Below, piece after piece: positions 1-12,140 of a DNA stretch of 64,000 nucleotides. Source of the stretch: Felis catus (lineage: Eukaryota). Each line of letters starts with the position of its first letter. The first letter of the stretch is position 1. Both the position numbers and the translations under genes were made by a program. Below the pieces are notes generated by a model that did no database searches, was not told the DNA's origin, and saw only the letters and a list, made by a program, of their open reading frames with translations. Location of the stretch: assembly GCF_018350175.1 (NCBI RefSeq), contig NC_058373.1, forward strand, positions 114,392,001-114,456,000, written 5' to 3'.

Positions 1-430
1 TGAAGCAAAATAGAAATTCACTGAAAGGGTAGTATATACCTCACATAATCTGTCTACATGTTGACTCTGTCTACAAGTTTGGGACTCTGCAGCCGGAGGA
101 ATTTCCTTAAAACACAGCCCAGGGCTTGCCTAGTTAGAACACCACCTGCCGGGGGTACTGGGCACGGTGGCTTGTGCCACTAGCACGCCATCCCTGGACC
201 CTACACCCAGCTCCTAGCCCCACAGCCACCACTGCCCCCAAACTCACACCACCTCCAGAGAGAGTTTACTGGTCTCCACTTCTTCGAATCATTAGCTCCT
301 GTTCTGAGTACGAGGGCAGGCACGGCTGATTGCCAAAGCCCAGGTCATAGGTCCGTGCCCTGGCCTCAAAGGGAGGCCGGGAAAGGGAACACATGGCATT
401 TTCATCATCTAAAGAGGCGGGCTCTCATGC
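1..430 (-). mobile_element. Old MaLR LTR fragment (MLT1-like)
   Basis: Contains CTGATTGCCAAAGCCCAGGTCA...AAAGGGAGGCCGGGAAA, which resembles MLT1J/K read antisense. Highly diverged. Confidence 0.4.
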
Positions 431-859
431 CACCCATTAGGACTAGGAAGGCAGGAATCCCTAAACATGGGGAAAGGTTCAGGCACCAGCCGAAAGAAAA
501 GCAACCATGGGTGACGTTCTCCAAGCCACTCGGCTCTCTGCTGCTTCCCCCCGCACCCAGATCCACTGCCCCGGTAATCAGTGGAGGAGAATATTATAGG
601 ACAGAGACGTTCCCACACTTGACCCAGATAGTCTCTGACTCCTACTATGTCTAAGAGTAGAACAAACACTGGTTTTGATTGTCCACCAGACCACAAGCTG
701 CCTAAAGGCATGGAACATGTGATAGATCATTTGTAAAAATGGCTACAAACGCTCCTATCCTCTAGATGGGACTTTGCAGCTCCTCGCCCGAGGAGCAGAG
801 TCTTCTTCCCGTCTCAGTGCATCCCTGTCCAACTGCCAATTGTAGCACCTGTATCTCCG

Positions 860-1212
860 CCTGGGGCCTGTCTCTGGCCATCAGAGCCGCCCTGCCCATC
901 CTCACAGCAGGGTAGAAGGGCCAAGTGGCCCTCAACCCATGACTGAGGGACTGCCGTATGCATACCCCAGCTCCTTGCCCCTTGGGTGTGCTTCCCTGAG
1001 ACACGTGTCCTTTACGGTTCCTAGACCGTCCCACAAGATCAAGGTCCAGCCACCCCCAGTGATACTAACTGGAAAACAAGCCCCTTTATTGGCTGCCTTC
1101 CCTTCTCTGACTCACTCCCCCGCTCTCCTACTGGGGCTTGCTGGGGTCACCTCTCAAATTAACCACTGCACTCAAATCCTTATCTTGGGGTTTACTTCTA
1201 AGCAACTAAAGA
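860..1212 (+). mobile_element. ERVL LTR fragment (LTR16-like)
   Basis: The 3' end CACCTCTCAAATTAACCACTGCACTCAAATCCTTATCT...AACTAAAGAC resembles the LTR16 terminus. Confidence 0.5.
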
Positions 1213-1747
1213 CCAGGGGGCACCGGGCTGGGGCTTCTACTCAGAACCACTGTTGCTGTCAGCATCTCACCTCTGTTTCCACTGCTTCCTCCACTCCAGT
1301 GAGGGAGCCACCTGCATAGACACTGCCCTCTAACCCACCCGCACCGCCTCTGTGCGCAAACACCCCAGGACAGCTCCTCACGGGGCTTCAGTGGCTTGAA
1401 GAACCATTTCCTCCACCATCTGGCTTTGTCCTTCACTCTGCCATCCACCAACTGTGTCACCTCATGGTCTGGAGGGTGAAGGTGGGTGGAGGAGGAAAGA
1501 CTGAGAAAAGAGGAAGAGCCAGACTTGGAACAGAAAGGTGTGGAGTAGGCGGGGCTACCCTGCCTGTCTCTCTTACCGGGCCCAGATCTGGCAGAAGGCC
1601 CAACCTGAGCCCCTGGCAGGATGTGGTACTCAGAGGAACAAGTTCCCCAGCCCCAGGGACACAGGAGCCGTCTGCCCAGTGCATACATTCAAAGACATCT
1701 ACTGAGAGCCTCTCAGCTGCCAAGACTGCTCTGGGTGCTGAGATACA

Positions 1748-1788
1748 GTGCATGCACACACACGTGCGCACACACACACACACACACA
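1748..1788. repeat. Interrupted (CA)n / alternating purine-pyrimidine microsatellite
   Basis: GTGCATGCACACACACGTGCGC(AC)n read directly. Confidence 0.9.
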
Positions 1789-1869
1789 ACATATATCTCT
1801 CACCCCAGGCCAGGGGTTTCTGTCTTAGAGCCTCACGGCACAGAGGAAGCAGAAGTAGGAATTGGTTCT

Positions 1870-2320
1870 GGGGTCAGGTAGACCTGTATCTAAATCCTGT
1901 CTCCAGCCTCAAGTAGCTGTGTGACCTTGGGCATGTTGGTTAACCTCTCTGTGTGTTTCCCCACTCCGAGATAGGGAGAGTAGCAGGACTTATCTCGCAG
2001 GGTTGTTGGGAAGGTTAAGTGAGAGAACCCCAGGGGCACCTGGGTGGCTCAGTCGGTTAAGTGTCCGACTTCGGCTCAGGTCGTGTGATGCTTGCGTTCG
2101 GGCCCCGCGGCGGGGTTTGGTTCAGGTCTTGCGTCGGGCTCTGTGCTGACAGCTCAGAGCCTGAGGCCTGCTGCGGATTCTGTGTCTCCCTCGCTCTTTG
2201 CCCCTCCCCCGCTCACACTCTGTGTCTCTCTGTCTCAAAAATAAATAAACATTAAAAAAAATTTGTTGTTAAGTGAAGGAACCTCTGACACCTATAAGCC
2301 CTTAATAAACCTCAGCTATT
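1870..2320 (+). mobile_element. MIR fragment split by a Can-SINE
   Basis: AGCTGTGTGACCTTGGGCATGTTGGTTAACCTCTCTGTG is the MIR core. Confidence 0.6.
2033..2261 (+). mobile_element. Can-SINE (SINEC_Fc-type)
   Basis: GGGGCACCTGGGTGGCTCAGTCGGTTAAG tRNA-derived head, CT-rich linker, AATAAA and A tail. Confidence 0.93.
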
Positions 2321-3655
2321 AGGATTCCCCTTAAGGCGGTACCTCTGTTGTATAATCCACCGTGTTGCCCACAAACTCCGCTGGCGCGGGGCCCGGCAGG
2401 AATGCATGTGAGTGTGGCTAGTGGGCTAAATTCCTTCAACATAACTGTCTTTTGTTTGCATTGTCTTCACTTCTCTGAAGAACTAGGCTTTTTCCTGTTG
2501 CCTTTTTTTCCCCCAAACCCTTAGTGCACTTGGGCTTTTATTTTCATTACTCTTGATGGAGATAGGAATACAGAGAAATACGTCTCTACCATTGGGGAAA
2601 AAGAAAAAAAAAAAAAGGTGGAGGAGGGCCTGGGGACCTACAGGGAGTGGTGGGGACTGAGGCAGGCCAGAGAGCACAAGCGGGTCTTAAAAGACGCTCC
2701 TCAGATCCACATGACTGACACCTCGGTTGATGTCAAAGGGGAATATGAGTCTTCCGTGGCCAGATACACCAATGGTTCAAGAGATGCCAGAAAACCCGAT
2801 TACTATTTTCTAAATCTGCTGGTTTTTAAACGTTGGCTCAAAATATTTAGAAATATTGTGTCAGGCACAGTACATTTTAATGGGCCCAAGGGCTGGCTGA
2901 TTCAAACGCATGGACAGTGACCTTGAGACCTCTCCATCCTTATCATCTCCAGGTCTCTGCGGTCTGAGCTCTTCGTGACGCAGGGGCACCACACGTCGCC
3001 GCTCCAGTGGATGCCATTCCCATTCAATTCCCTGAGACTGATGGCTTAGAGCTGTAGCGGGTCCGTCCCGTACCCCCCAGAGCCAAGCCAGTGGGCAACC
3101 ACAAGCAAGCCTCTCTCCAGGCAGACGCAGGCACTCTCCAGCCTCTCCCCGCTGTGACTTGTTGGCACTAAATGCACCACCCAATTTGCAGACTGTCACA
3201 AGCTGTACTAGCCCCTAATTATCTCAAGCTAGTCTTTTATTGTATGTGTATAGAATGCCATCAGAGTCCAAAATCCAATCTCATTAATGGATGGCTTCAT
3301 TAATTTATGCCTTACCTCCTCAGCCAAAAAGCAAACTCTTTTATGAACAAGGATCACATTTTCCGTCTTTTTGAACCATATAGCACCTTTCATGTTGTAC
3401 TAGTACCCAATACTAGTACCAATCAGCACAGAGGGAATTCTGAGTTTGTGGTGGATGCCATTTGGGTTAACACATCAGGATACAGAAGAAATCTCTTCCA
3501 GGAACACAAAGAAAGAGGAGTAGGTAGGGCCAGACCCAAATTTATCTAACAACAAAAAATTAGCCATCTCTATGCCCTGTGCATCAACACTTACCAGCAA
3601 CCATAAATAGCTGCAGGGGCTGATTTCATGTTGTCATTAAGAGTAGCTTGTTTTG

Positions 3656-3869
3656 GGGGCGCCTGGGTGGCGCAGTCGGTTAAGCGTCCGACTTCAGCCA
3701 GGTCATGATCTCGTGGTCCGTGAGTTCGAGCCCCGCGTCAGGCTCTGGGCTGATGGCTCAGAGCCTGGAGCCTGTTTCTGATTCTGTGTCTCCCTCTCTC
3801 TCTGCCCCTCCCCCGTTCATGCTCTGTCTCTCTCTGTCCCCAAAAAAATAAATAAACGTTAAAAAAAAA
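3656..3869 (+). mobile_element. Young felid Can-SINE
   Basis: GGGGCGCCTGGGTGGCGCAGTCGGTTAAGCGTCCGACTTCAGCCAGG head. TSD AAGAGTAGCYTGTTTT. Confidence 0.95.
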
Positions 3870-3885
3870 AAGAGTAGCCTGTTTT

Positions 3886-4090
3886 GGGGACACCTGGGGG
3901 GCTCAGTTGGTTAAGTGTCCGACTTCGGCTCAGGTCATGATCTCACAGTTCCGGGAGTTCGAGCCCCGCGTCGGGCTCTGTGCTGACAGCTCAGAGACTG
4001 GAACCTGCTTCGGATTCTGTGTCTCCCTCTCTCTCTGCCCCTCCCCCACTTGTGCTCTGTCAAAAATAAATACACATTAAAAATTTAAAA
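3886..4090 (+). mobile_element. Can-SINE, tandem partner of 3656-3869
   Basis: Full head, linker and tail, followed by AAGAGTAGCTGATTTT. Confidence 0.95.
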
Positions 4091-5927
4091 AAGAGTAGCT
4101 GATTTTTAATTTTTTTCTCACCAGTGAAATGGACTCATCCAAGCTTACTAGGCATCTCCTAGCCAGGAAGGAAGAATGTATAAACCTGTTTGTAAAGTAT
4201 ATTTTAAAGCAGAGAGATAATTAGGTATGTTGCAGCCGAGTGCACTGTTAGATGGCTAAAGTATATCAGTAAAAAACAATCCTCAGTTGTTAATTTGTGT
4301 CTGAGTTGAACTATCTATATTTAACCTGGTGATTACTTAATTAAATAGTTTCCTTGGTGTCTACCTGCGGTTCTTGTAATTTGTTATGTGGAATAAAATA
4401 ATCCATTTGCATTTGTATTTACTCTTCACTTCCCAAGGCTACTTAGTTGTGGGTTTTTTTCCTCTTTTAATAGCCCCAGAACCCCTAATAAAAGAGAGTT
4501 GAACAAACAGTTTGAGAACAGAGGAGTGAGTACAAAACACAGAGCACTTGAATCACAAGGTGGTCCAGCTGGAAAGAGCCTTGAGATAACCAAATCCAAC
4601 CCTGTCCTCTTACAGATGAAGCAGCCAAGCCCCCAAAAAGGTTGGGTGACTCACCCACGGATACGGCCAGCAAGACACTCTGCCCACCTGACTCCCCAGG
4701 GCTCGCTCTGCTCTCCCTCAGTTCCTTCCAACGTCTGCAACCACTGAGGGGCCCAATCCCGTGGGACGAGGGGCTCGTAGGATCGGAAGCTATAAAGCCT
4801 ATTCCAATAGCAAAAATTTTATCCATTCGGGAGGTGTCGGGTGTCTGCTGAGTGCCAGGAGATGGAACACTGGAGACAGAACAGTGAATAAGGGCCCAGG
4901 TGTCTGCTTTGTCACCTTGACCTTCAAGTTTGGCACGATGATGACTGAGAATAAATAAATCAATCAATAAATATGACGCTTTCAGAGAGTGAGCCGTACT
5001 AAAATAGTATACCAGGATCGTATGACAGCTTAAGGAGGAGGGGGCTGCTTTGGTAAGTATGTCATGCAATCACTCTGTAGTCTCCCTGATGGGGGCCGGG
5101 GGGTGGGGTAGGGCTGGAGAGCATTGTGGGGGCCTGGGAGGGAGGTTGGTAAGCCCCCAGCTTTGGTTTGAATATCACCCATGACAGGAAATTCACTACC
5201 TCCAAAGGCCAACCCAGCTTGTTAAAAAGCTCTTTCCTGAACTCAGCTGAAATCTACCTCCCTGGGACTTCAAATTTCAATAACTCATTCTCCAAGTGTC
5301 ACAGAAACCAGTCAGCTAGTGATGTTAAGCAGCATGTGCAAGTGCAAAGCACCATCCTAAAATAAGACAGTTGTTTGAATGTTTTGATGTTAAATGGTGT
5401 GTTTGGCAAGTACAACATACCAGGGAGGTGGCTTACAGGGTCTCATTCAACCTCCAGTTCGTAAAAGTGTTTCAAACCACCACTTCAAAGGAGGTTCAGA
5501 CCGTCAACTTCTAGAGTCCCAGACCCGTCCGTGTGAGTCACCTGACGTCATTAACAGGACACCTCAACACCCTACTGTCCAGAACTCTAGGTGGGGCTTG
5601 GGAGCATCGACACTGCTGGCTCCATCGCCCCAGCAGTTGGCGTGGCGGAGGAAGTTTGGCTCCATGCATTTTGCTTTCTAAGAGATTCATGGAATCCTAG
5701 AACCAAGAACGCATCTGGTCCAACCCCCCTATAGCGCAGACAAGGAAATGAAAGGCTAGAAATTAGAAGTGGCCGCTCAGGTTCATCAGCAAGCTATGGC
5801 AAGGGTGGGACTTGTCCTCTCCAGCCCCCAAACCAGGCTGGGCACAGCTGGGCAGCTGTACTCATAATATATAACTCCCGGGTTTACCTTCATGTTGGCA
5901 TGAACTTGCAATCCTCCAGTGATTTTT

Positions 5928-6148
5928 TTTTTAATTTTTTTTCAACGTTTTTTATTTATTTTTGGGACCGAGAGAGACAGAGCATGAACGGGGGAGGGGC
6001 AGAGAGAGAGGGAGACACAGAATCGGAAACAGGCTCCAGGCTCTGAGCCATCAGCCCAGAGCCTGACGCGGGGCTCGAACTCACGGACCGCGAGATCGTG
6101 ACCTGGCTGAAGTCGGACGCTTAACCGACTGCGCCACCCAGGCGCCCC
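5928..6148 (-). mobile_element. Very young felid Can-SINE
   Basis: CpGs are intact and there is a perfect 16-bp TSD TCCTCCAGTGATTTTT (5912-5927, 6149-6164). Confidence 0.96.
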
Positions 6149-7369
6149 TCCTCCAGTGATTTTTAATGTACGTCTAAGATGAGAAAGCCCGGCTCCCGAA
6201 CCCCCTTTGCATGTAGACCTGCAGTCCAGAAACCCTCCGGAACATCCGACTCTGCACGGAAGGGGCCGGGCCCCCTCTCTGGCTTTGATGTGCTCTGTTT
6301 GCCTTGCAGGGTCATCCACTGTGCAGGAACACTCTGCTGTAGCTCCAAACCAAACCAGAAGCTGCAGGATGCAAGGAGAGAAGCAGAGGCAAGGACAACA
6401 CAGAAACCAAAAATATTTTGGCTTTTACCTGAGTCCAAGAGTCTGACCGAACCCACCGCCTGGCTGCCCAGATTGCCAGAGGGCACTCGAGGCCGGGGCA
6501 AAGTGTCAGCAACAGGGGAAGAAAGAGACCTGGGGAAACAGGCCTTTTTGAGCCAATCACTGAGCCCTGCCCACCCTCTCCCAGCTTGAGGCAATTGGGG
6601 GAGGATTCGAGTGGGGGCTGTGGCTGATCGGCAGTGCCTCCTTCCCCTGTCCTCACCGGGCACTGTCCTCATCGGGTACTGGCTGCAGCTTGAGAACCTA
6701 TCATTTTTCTCCCCCTGACCCTGCACTCGCAGGAATAAGTGACTTTCTTGAGTGGAGGGGGAATGCTGGAATGCAGTCAGATAATTACAGGTAGCATCTC
6801 TCAGAAAAGGAAGCACCAGAAGAAGAAACAGCAACTCCAGCAACTGTCCAGGGCCTGCCAGAGAAGACCCCCAAGGTCCCAGGTTCCAGGTGGACAGGAA
6901 GGCTGGTTAGGGAGTATAATCACCCTAGCCCTCAGGAGGCTCCTGAAGCATCCGGGGTCGCTCCGTCACTCATCGGGCAGGACGACACTAAAATATTATT
7001 CTCTCCACCACGAGTCATGCAGCAGCACACCTGAGACAGGGACTTGGTTTTCAATGCAGCTGCTGCAACTGAGGGTGATCCCGGTGCACTCGCCACTACC
7101 ATATTGTACCTCAGTTTCTCCATTTGTAAAAGAGGCAGAAAATCAGCCGACCCCCTGCTCACCACCCCGACCCCCTGCGCTGTGGAGAGGGTAACCGGAT
7201 GGGATGGCAACATCCCAAGGAAGGACAAGCTGAGGGGAGACATATTCTCCTCCATTCCTGTGGGTCCCCAGGGGAGAGTAAACCGCGGAACCCAAATCTG
7301 CTGGTGACCCCAGTGCATCTAACATCTGTCTCCCTCCCAGTTGGAGCGTGGGGACTTGAGAGCTTGGGT

Positions 7370-7590
7370 GGTGGGGTCAGACGGACCAGGGTTACAGCTC
7401 AGTCATGTACAACTGTGTGATTGGGAATACTGACCTCTTCCTGAGCCCGACTTTCCCCATCTGTAAAATGGGTCTAATAATAGTACTTACTCATAAGTAC
7501 TATCAAATGAGAACATGTGATGGAAGACTGAAACCAGCACCTGGAACACCTGGTAGGTCTCCACAAACACTGACGAGTGTCATTATTTTT
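7370..7590 (+). mobile_element. MIR
   Basis: TTTCCCCATCTGTAAAATGGGTCTAATAATAGTAC core. Confidence 0.6.
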
Positions 7591-7849
7591 ATGATGTAAA
7601 TTTTGAAGATTCACCTACAACATACACGCCACATGTGAACTCAAGGCAGGGAACCCAGAAGATGGGCCACATCAACAAAGCGCTTCAAGTTATGACACTA
7701 AAACATCCCTGGGGAGGGGGCTCTGTCACCCTGGAGTGCAGCAAGCTACTCCTACGCCCTCAATACCACCTTTGTCCAGGGTCTTTCATTTCCAAAACTC
7801 CTTCCTCTCCGTCTCCTCTGATCCTCACCACAGCAGGGTATGTTTCCTG

Positions 7850-7945
7850 TACCCACGCTTAGAGGAGGAAAACAAGTCTCAGAGAGGTTAAGTGACTTGC
7901 CCAAGGCCACACAGCTTGTAAGTGCCGGAGCAGGGTTATAAATCC
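7850..7945 (-). mobile_element. MIR
   Basis: AGAGAGGTTAAGTGACTTGCCCAAGGCCACACAGCT. Confidence 0.65.
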
Positions 7946-8935
7946 AGGCGGGCATGGCAGGGCTAGAGTGAGAGGGAGGGAAGTGAGATGGCAGGAGTGC
8001 CAAATTTAGGGAGGCACTCATTTGTACAACACTGAGAGGGAACATCTTCAATTCCGCCATTCTGTCTGAGCCCAACCAAGCCTCAGGCCCTTCCCAGAGC
8101 ACTGAGGCTACGGCCTCCACATACTGCCCTTGTGGACCAGCCCTGCAAGAGCCTGTCCCCAAGCCTGGGGGTGGACAGACCCATCAGCTGAGCTGGGTGT
8201 CTCCCTCAGGATCCAAGAAGTTTCCCAAAGCCTTAATACTGCAACCGTGTCCCAAAAGAGTGGAATGGAACAGGGGTCAGAAGTGGTGCCGTGACGGCCA
8301 CGTGAGGCTTCAATGCACCCTTGAGCCTGAGGGCGGGGGAAGACAGGCTGGGCCAGGCAGGCCCCTCAGAGGCCTCCCAGCCCCCATCAGCCTCAGGGGC
8401 AGATGGGCCTGGACAGGCAGGCCATGTGGAGGAATCCCAGGACACTAATGCTGGCCTGCCCAGCCAAGCTCTCCTCTCTCCAGCCCCTCAGAGCTCAGAA
8501 AGGCTCTAACTTGGCCTCCCTCTATCTCACACAAAGTGTGGGAGGTACCAACTAGCCACAGGAGATTAATTTTGAATCTGCAGAGCGAGAAACTCTTTTC
8601 TAATGTGGAAGCTTCTATTTACTAATGAGATCTTTTGATTTACTAATTAGCTTGCTTGAGTCTGGATGGCTGTGCATTGAGTTTTTCTAAGGAAACAACA
8701 CCTGTGCATTGAGGGGCATATAGGGTAGTGGGCAGCTGTGTAGGCTTGAAACCGACGTGCCGGAATTCAAATCCCACTTCACGTACACAAGTCCCCCAGC
8801 TGCTCCGAACCCATTCTCTCCTTCTATAAAAAGGGAACAGGAGTGGTACTGATGTCCTCAGGTCGTGGCTATTACCAAAACCAGCCACAAGGTGCTGAGT
8901 GCCTATACTGGGTCGGGTACTCATTTCGTTTCACT

Positions 8936-8944
8936 TTTTTCTTT

Positions 8945-8976
<32 letters not shown>

Positions 8977-9007
8977 TCGTTCTTTCTTCTTTCTTTCTTT
9001 CTTTTTT
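8936..9007. repeat. (TTTC)n microsatellite, probably the tail of the adjacent antisense L1
   Basis: Read directly. Confidence 0.9.
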
Positions 9008-9009
9008 GA

Positions 9010-9345
9010 TGAATTTCATTTTTCCCTTATATGTAGGAACACTTACAACAACGCGATAGGTGTTTGTATTTACATGTAACTTACATACAGTAAAGTACTT
9101 GCATCTTCCTCATGCAGCTCAATGAACTTTGGTGTGTATGTTGTCTATCTTCTAATGGGATCTCTATCATCGTAGATCGTTTCGCCTGCTTATGAACTTC
9201 ATATAAGTGGACTTACACACAATACACTCTTTTTGGCTGGCTTCTATCCCTTAACTTTACGTTTCTGTAATTCATCCATGTTGTTGTGTTTCCCCGCATT
9301 GGTTTTTTATACAGCCGTATAGTACTCCATTGTGTGCGCTGTGGT
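9010..9345 (-). mobile_element. Old L1 (L1M) 3' fragment
   Basis: GAACTTCATATAAGTGGA...TTCATCCATGTTGTTGTG...TACTCCATTGTGTG is the antisense L1 3' UTR signature. Confidence 0.6.
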
Positions 9346-12068
9346 TTATCCATCAGACCGAGGTGTCGTTATCATCTTGTCGTCATCCCATCTCGCGAAT
9401 GGGGAAACTGGGGCTCTAAGCTGTTCGCTAAGTGTTCAGCCTGGGGTCACAACGGTGAGGTTGACACTGAGCAGGGATTTGAACCCAGCTGCTTCCGGCT
9501 CCAAATCCAGCCCCTCACCCTGGACAACAGAGGCTCCCATGCCCCTGGAGCACTGGGATGGGCAGAAATGAACTCTGTGCCTTGTGGTCATGACCTCCTT
9601 CTCCCTGAGGCACAGTGGGGAGTCAGGAGGCAGCTGCCTGACTAGCCCCGGGAGGTGAGAAAATTGCCTCAGGTTTGGCCATTGCCAATATTTATTTTCA
9701 CTGTGGCCCAGGCTGATGGTGCAGGCACAGGTGTCACTCCCAGCTTTGTACCTTGAGACCTGGCCTTCGCCAACATGTTGAAATAACTGCAAACAGCCGA
9801 GACGTGGGGGAAGCATCCTCGTCCCTGAGCAGCAGCTGGCTCTCATGGGTAGGAGGAGGGAATCTGGCCTGGCTTGGGGACAGCACCTGCCCTGGCTCCT
9901 CAGAGATTAGTTCCCACAACAGTAGCTCGGATGTAACCCTCTGTGACTGAGGGTTCTGAGGCCGGGAGATCTTCTGCAATCCAAGCTTTGCCCACTAAGA
10001 AGAGGTGGGTCACCATGGGGACTCCTAGCGCTGGCCTGATCTCAAGAAATTGCCAAGGTTTTGCACTGCTCCCCAACTCTCTGGGTCCTTGCTTGCGCCT
10101 AGCAGACCAGAAGCCGGTCAGAGAAGGGTCATCCGCAAGGCAGCAGGAGGAGGTGAGGAGCCTGGGTAGTCTCCTGGGCCCCCTCCCCCCCTGAACCCAG
10201 GCACTGTTTCAGGCAGTCCAGCCAGACGTGATTAAATGGTTGGCTACGTGCAGGAGGGTAAGATCCCAGGGGAAGAAGGGCACAGGGCCAACACCCCAGG
10301 TGGCCCTGGGGCACCCTTTGCTCTGTCGATCATTAACAGAAGCCACCCCATGGCAGGCAGACAAGGGGAAAGTCCAAGGGGGAGGCCTACCCCCTCCTCC
10401 CAGGCACCGTCCTCCAAACATGCCAACCCAGGACCTCGTGGGACATGAGATCATGACACTGGAGGGGTGTGTGCAGAGTCATCTAATCCAACTGGCTGCT
10501 TCTTGTGTCCCTACAAAGTCTCCACAGGCCAAAGGAGTTGGGAACTAACACCGGTCGATTTGCAGTTACTATGTGCCAGGGACTGTGCCAAATGTAGTCA
10601 GTATGCCAGCCTGCAACATGGTGGCAAAATGCAATGAGGGAGCTGGCCCGCCTGGGTTCAAATCTCAACACTTCTAGCTTTGTGACCAATCAGTGAGCTT
10701 CTCTGTGCCCCAATTTCTCCATACATAAAATGAGGAGAGTATAGGAGTGCCTCCATGAGGTCACATGAGCATGTAATGAGTTGACACACAGGAAGTTCTC
10801 AGACTACCTGCCACTTGTGAAGAGCTGTCTGTGCTAACTGTTCACTGGATCCTCAGCCACCTCTTGAGATACAGATGAAAACTCCAAGGTTGAGTCATCT
10901 GCCCAAGGCACAGCTGGCACAAAGAGAGCTGGGATCTGAACCCGGGTCAAAGGGTTCCATCGCCCTCTCCCTCCATGCCATGGAAGCTTCCTCCTGCCAT
11001 GACGCTGTCTGTTCCTTTGGTAACCAGTGTTTCATGATCCAATGGGCTATAAGACCTATCTCGTGTCTGCCTCCCTGTTCTCTCAAAGGCCCTCCTTTCA
11101 CCAGAGTGTCAATGAGCTGCAGTAGGCCCCCAAACTTCCTCCTGAAAATGAAGCTTCCTGGCCCAGAGAGGTAAGTCCTTGCTCAGTGGCCAAAGTAACT
11201 CTTTTCTTTTTGCTGCTCCAAGGGAAGACCCGTAGCCAAGGGCCAGACCATGGGTTGCCAGACAAACAGCCATGGAGGCCCTGCCCTACCAGGGCAGACC
11301 TCATGCAGGCCCCCAAACCAGAGATGCCCCAAGGTCTGGGACCGGAGGTAGGGAAGCAGTCCTTGCATCTAAGGAACTTGCTGACAAAGGCAGACCTGAC
11401 CTTCCCTGCTCCACTTCCCTTGGTGTAGGCCTTACCTCCAGCTCTCTCTGCATGTCTCCCGTCTTCCCTGCTGCAGAGGAGCTTAGGGATGAAGGTCTTC
11501 TGCCAACTCTGGGCTCACACCTCCCTCACGTGCAGCTTAGAGCACAGGCCCATTGCTAAGGCCCCTCCATCTTCCAGGATTTAGGAAGAAAAGGCCCAAG
11601 TTTCTGCTAGTTCTTTTCCCATATAACTTTGGACGGATCTCCTCTATCTTGAAGATGTAGATGGCAGAAAATCCAACTTTGTGGTGATAACCGTGCAGGG
11701 CCTGAGCGGCCGAAATTCCAGCCTGTGTTTCCCATGGAGACTCTTAGGTGGGGAAAAGGGTCAAGGCTTAGGTACAGAGAGTTTCCCAAGGCCATAGCGA
11801 GTATCTCCTTGCCTGTACAGGCAACCCCCACCCTCAAAGGCATCCTGGAGTCTATGTTTCTAATTTTGGTATCACTCAAGTGATGGATTCCAACTGAAGA
11901 AATTCTGAGCAGACCGATGGGTATGCTTAGCCTCTGAGAACCCAGCCAGTGTCACCATGAGCCAGAGAATTAGATGTCTGCCATATGCTCACCTACGCCT
12001 GCAGGGAATGAGCTCAAGGTAAACAATTAAATGTCTTTTTGCCTTTAGTCAGCAAGGAAGATCACATG

Positions 12069-12102
12069 CCACCACCACCACCACCACCACCACGCGCGCG
12101 CA

Positions 12103-12137
<35 letters not shown>
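12069..12137. repeat. Compound microsatellite (CCA)n-(CG)n-(CA)n
   Basis: Read directly. Confidence 0.92.
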
Positions 12138-12140
<3 letters not shown>

